DNA of 64,000 bases, taken from contig JAFWLE010000007.1 of the NCBI GenBank assembly GCA_017511205.1, forward strand, positions 367-64,366, written 5' to 3'. Positions within the stretch are counted from its first letter, which is position 1. Every line of letters starts with the position of its first letter. The position numbers and the translations under genes were made by a program. Under the pieces are notes generated by a model. The model worked only from the letters and a program-made list of their open reading frames with translations. It had not been told where the DNA came from and made no database searches. Below are positions 63,638 through 64,000 of the stretch, one piece after another. This DNA comes from Candidatus Saccharimonadota bacterium. Lineage in GTDB: Bacteria; Patescibacteriota; Saccharimonadia; Saccharimonadales; Saccharimonadaceae.

Positions 63638-64000
63638 TTCCTCTTCCCAGAATCTCCGTAATAATAATAGGTATTATAATACTTAGTCGATTTACGATTT
63701 ACTTCGTTAAAGACTAACCCTGCAATTTGCGCTCCTACCTTCTCCAAGGTCTCTTTCGCAGCATAAAGATCCGCCTTCGTAGTGAAGCCATCCTTTATCA
63801 CCATCAAAGTCTCATCCACCAAGCTAGACAAAATTACTGAATCCGCCAAGCCACCCACCGGCGCACCATCAAATATCACCACATCATAATGATCGCTTAA
63901 CATCTTTATTAAACGTTTATTCTTCTTCGAGGAAAGTAGTTCGCTCGGATTTGGCGGATATGTTCCACAAGTGATCACGTCTAGACTTGGAACCTTAGTC
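63634..64000 (-). CDS. cpsD: CpsD/CapB-type tyrosine-protein kinase (BY-kinase); the 5' part lies outside the window
   Basis: The frame stays open to the window edge (TKVPSLDVITCGTYPPNPSELL...). The sequence has DVVIFDGAPVGGLADSVILS (Walker B-like) and a C-terminal Tyr cluster (KYYNTYYYYGDSG). The start in the ORF track is an artefact. Confidence 0.85.
   Translation of the reverse strand, partial: TKVPSLDVITCGTYPPNPSELLSSKKNKRLIKMLSDHYDVVIFDGAPVGGLADSVILSSLVDETLMVIKDGFTTKADLYAAKETLEKVGAQIAGLVFNEVNRKSTKYYNTYYYYGDSGKRK

Overview
This is a gene-dense 64-kb chromosomal segment, coded mostly on the minus strand, from a moderately AT-rich, small-genome bacterium. Several traits suggest a Patescibacteria/CPR (Saccharibacteria-like) organism, which is inference only: rpsE abuts rplO with no rpmD, there are two sortase-like genes and very large repeat surface proteins, many housekeeping proteins carry low-complexity tails, and ldh is present. 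The housekeeping core is rpoB-rpoC, secY-(sortase)-infA-rpmJ-rpsM-rpsK-rpsD-rpoA-rplQ-rplM-rpsI, rplF-rplR-rpsE-rplO, rpsP-khpA, rpmF-nusB-NUDIX-rnc, thyA-folA-glyA, leuS, pheST, metG, ftsEX with a PcsB-like CHAP hydrolase and a Ctp protease, holB, ldh, sbcB and two tRNA-Ala genes. Three real genes are absent from the supplied ORF track. One is a surface-protein gene of at least 1938 codons that fills 1-5814 (minus) and runs off the left edge. The other two are rpmJ (38 aa) and rpmF (52 aa). The cpsD-like gene also runs off the right edge. The most interesting observations are these. (1) The last 61 codons of a FISUMP-domain surface protein (57817-58003) switch abruptly to GC-rich, NNC-dominated codons and are followed by a GC-rich hairpin. 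This resembles a diversity-generating-retroelement variable region, but no template repeat or reverse transcriptase lies in this window. (2) The giant Listeria-Bacteroides-repeat protein has a mosaic repeat structure with a 567-bp in-frame internal duplication, and it shares its N-terminal module with the FISUMP protein. (3) A lower-GC, stand-alone SF2 helicase fused to five homing-endonuclease-associated repeats sits next to a tRNA, behind a near-consensus promoter overlapped by a 20-bp palindrome. (4) An 87-nt GC-rich palindromic element is inserted in frame in pheT. (5) Both tRNA-Ala genes carry an A19:U56 covariation in place of G19:C56. (6) Several genes have leaderless promoter geometry, and one orphan promoter-terminator pair is a candidate small RNA. 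All similarity calls were made by eye from motifs, with no database search.
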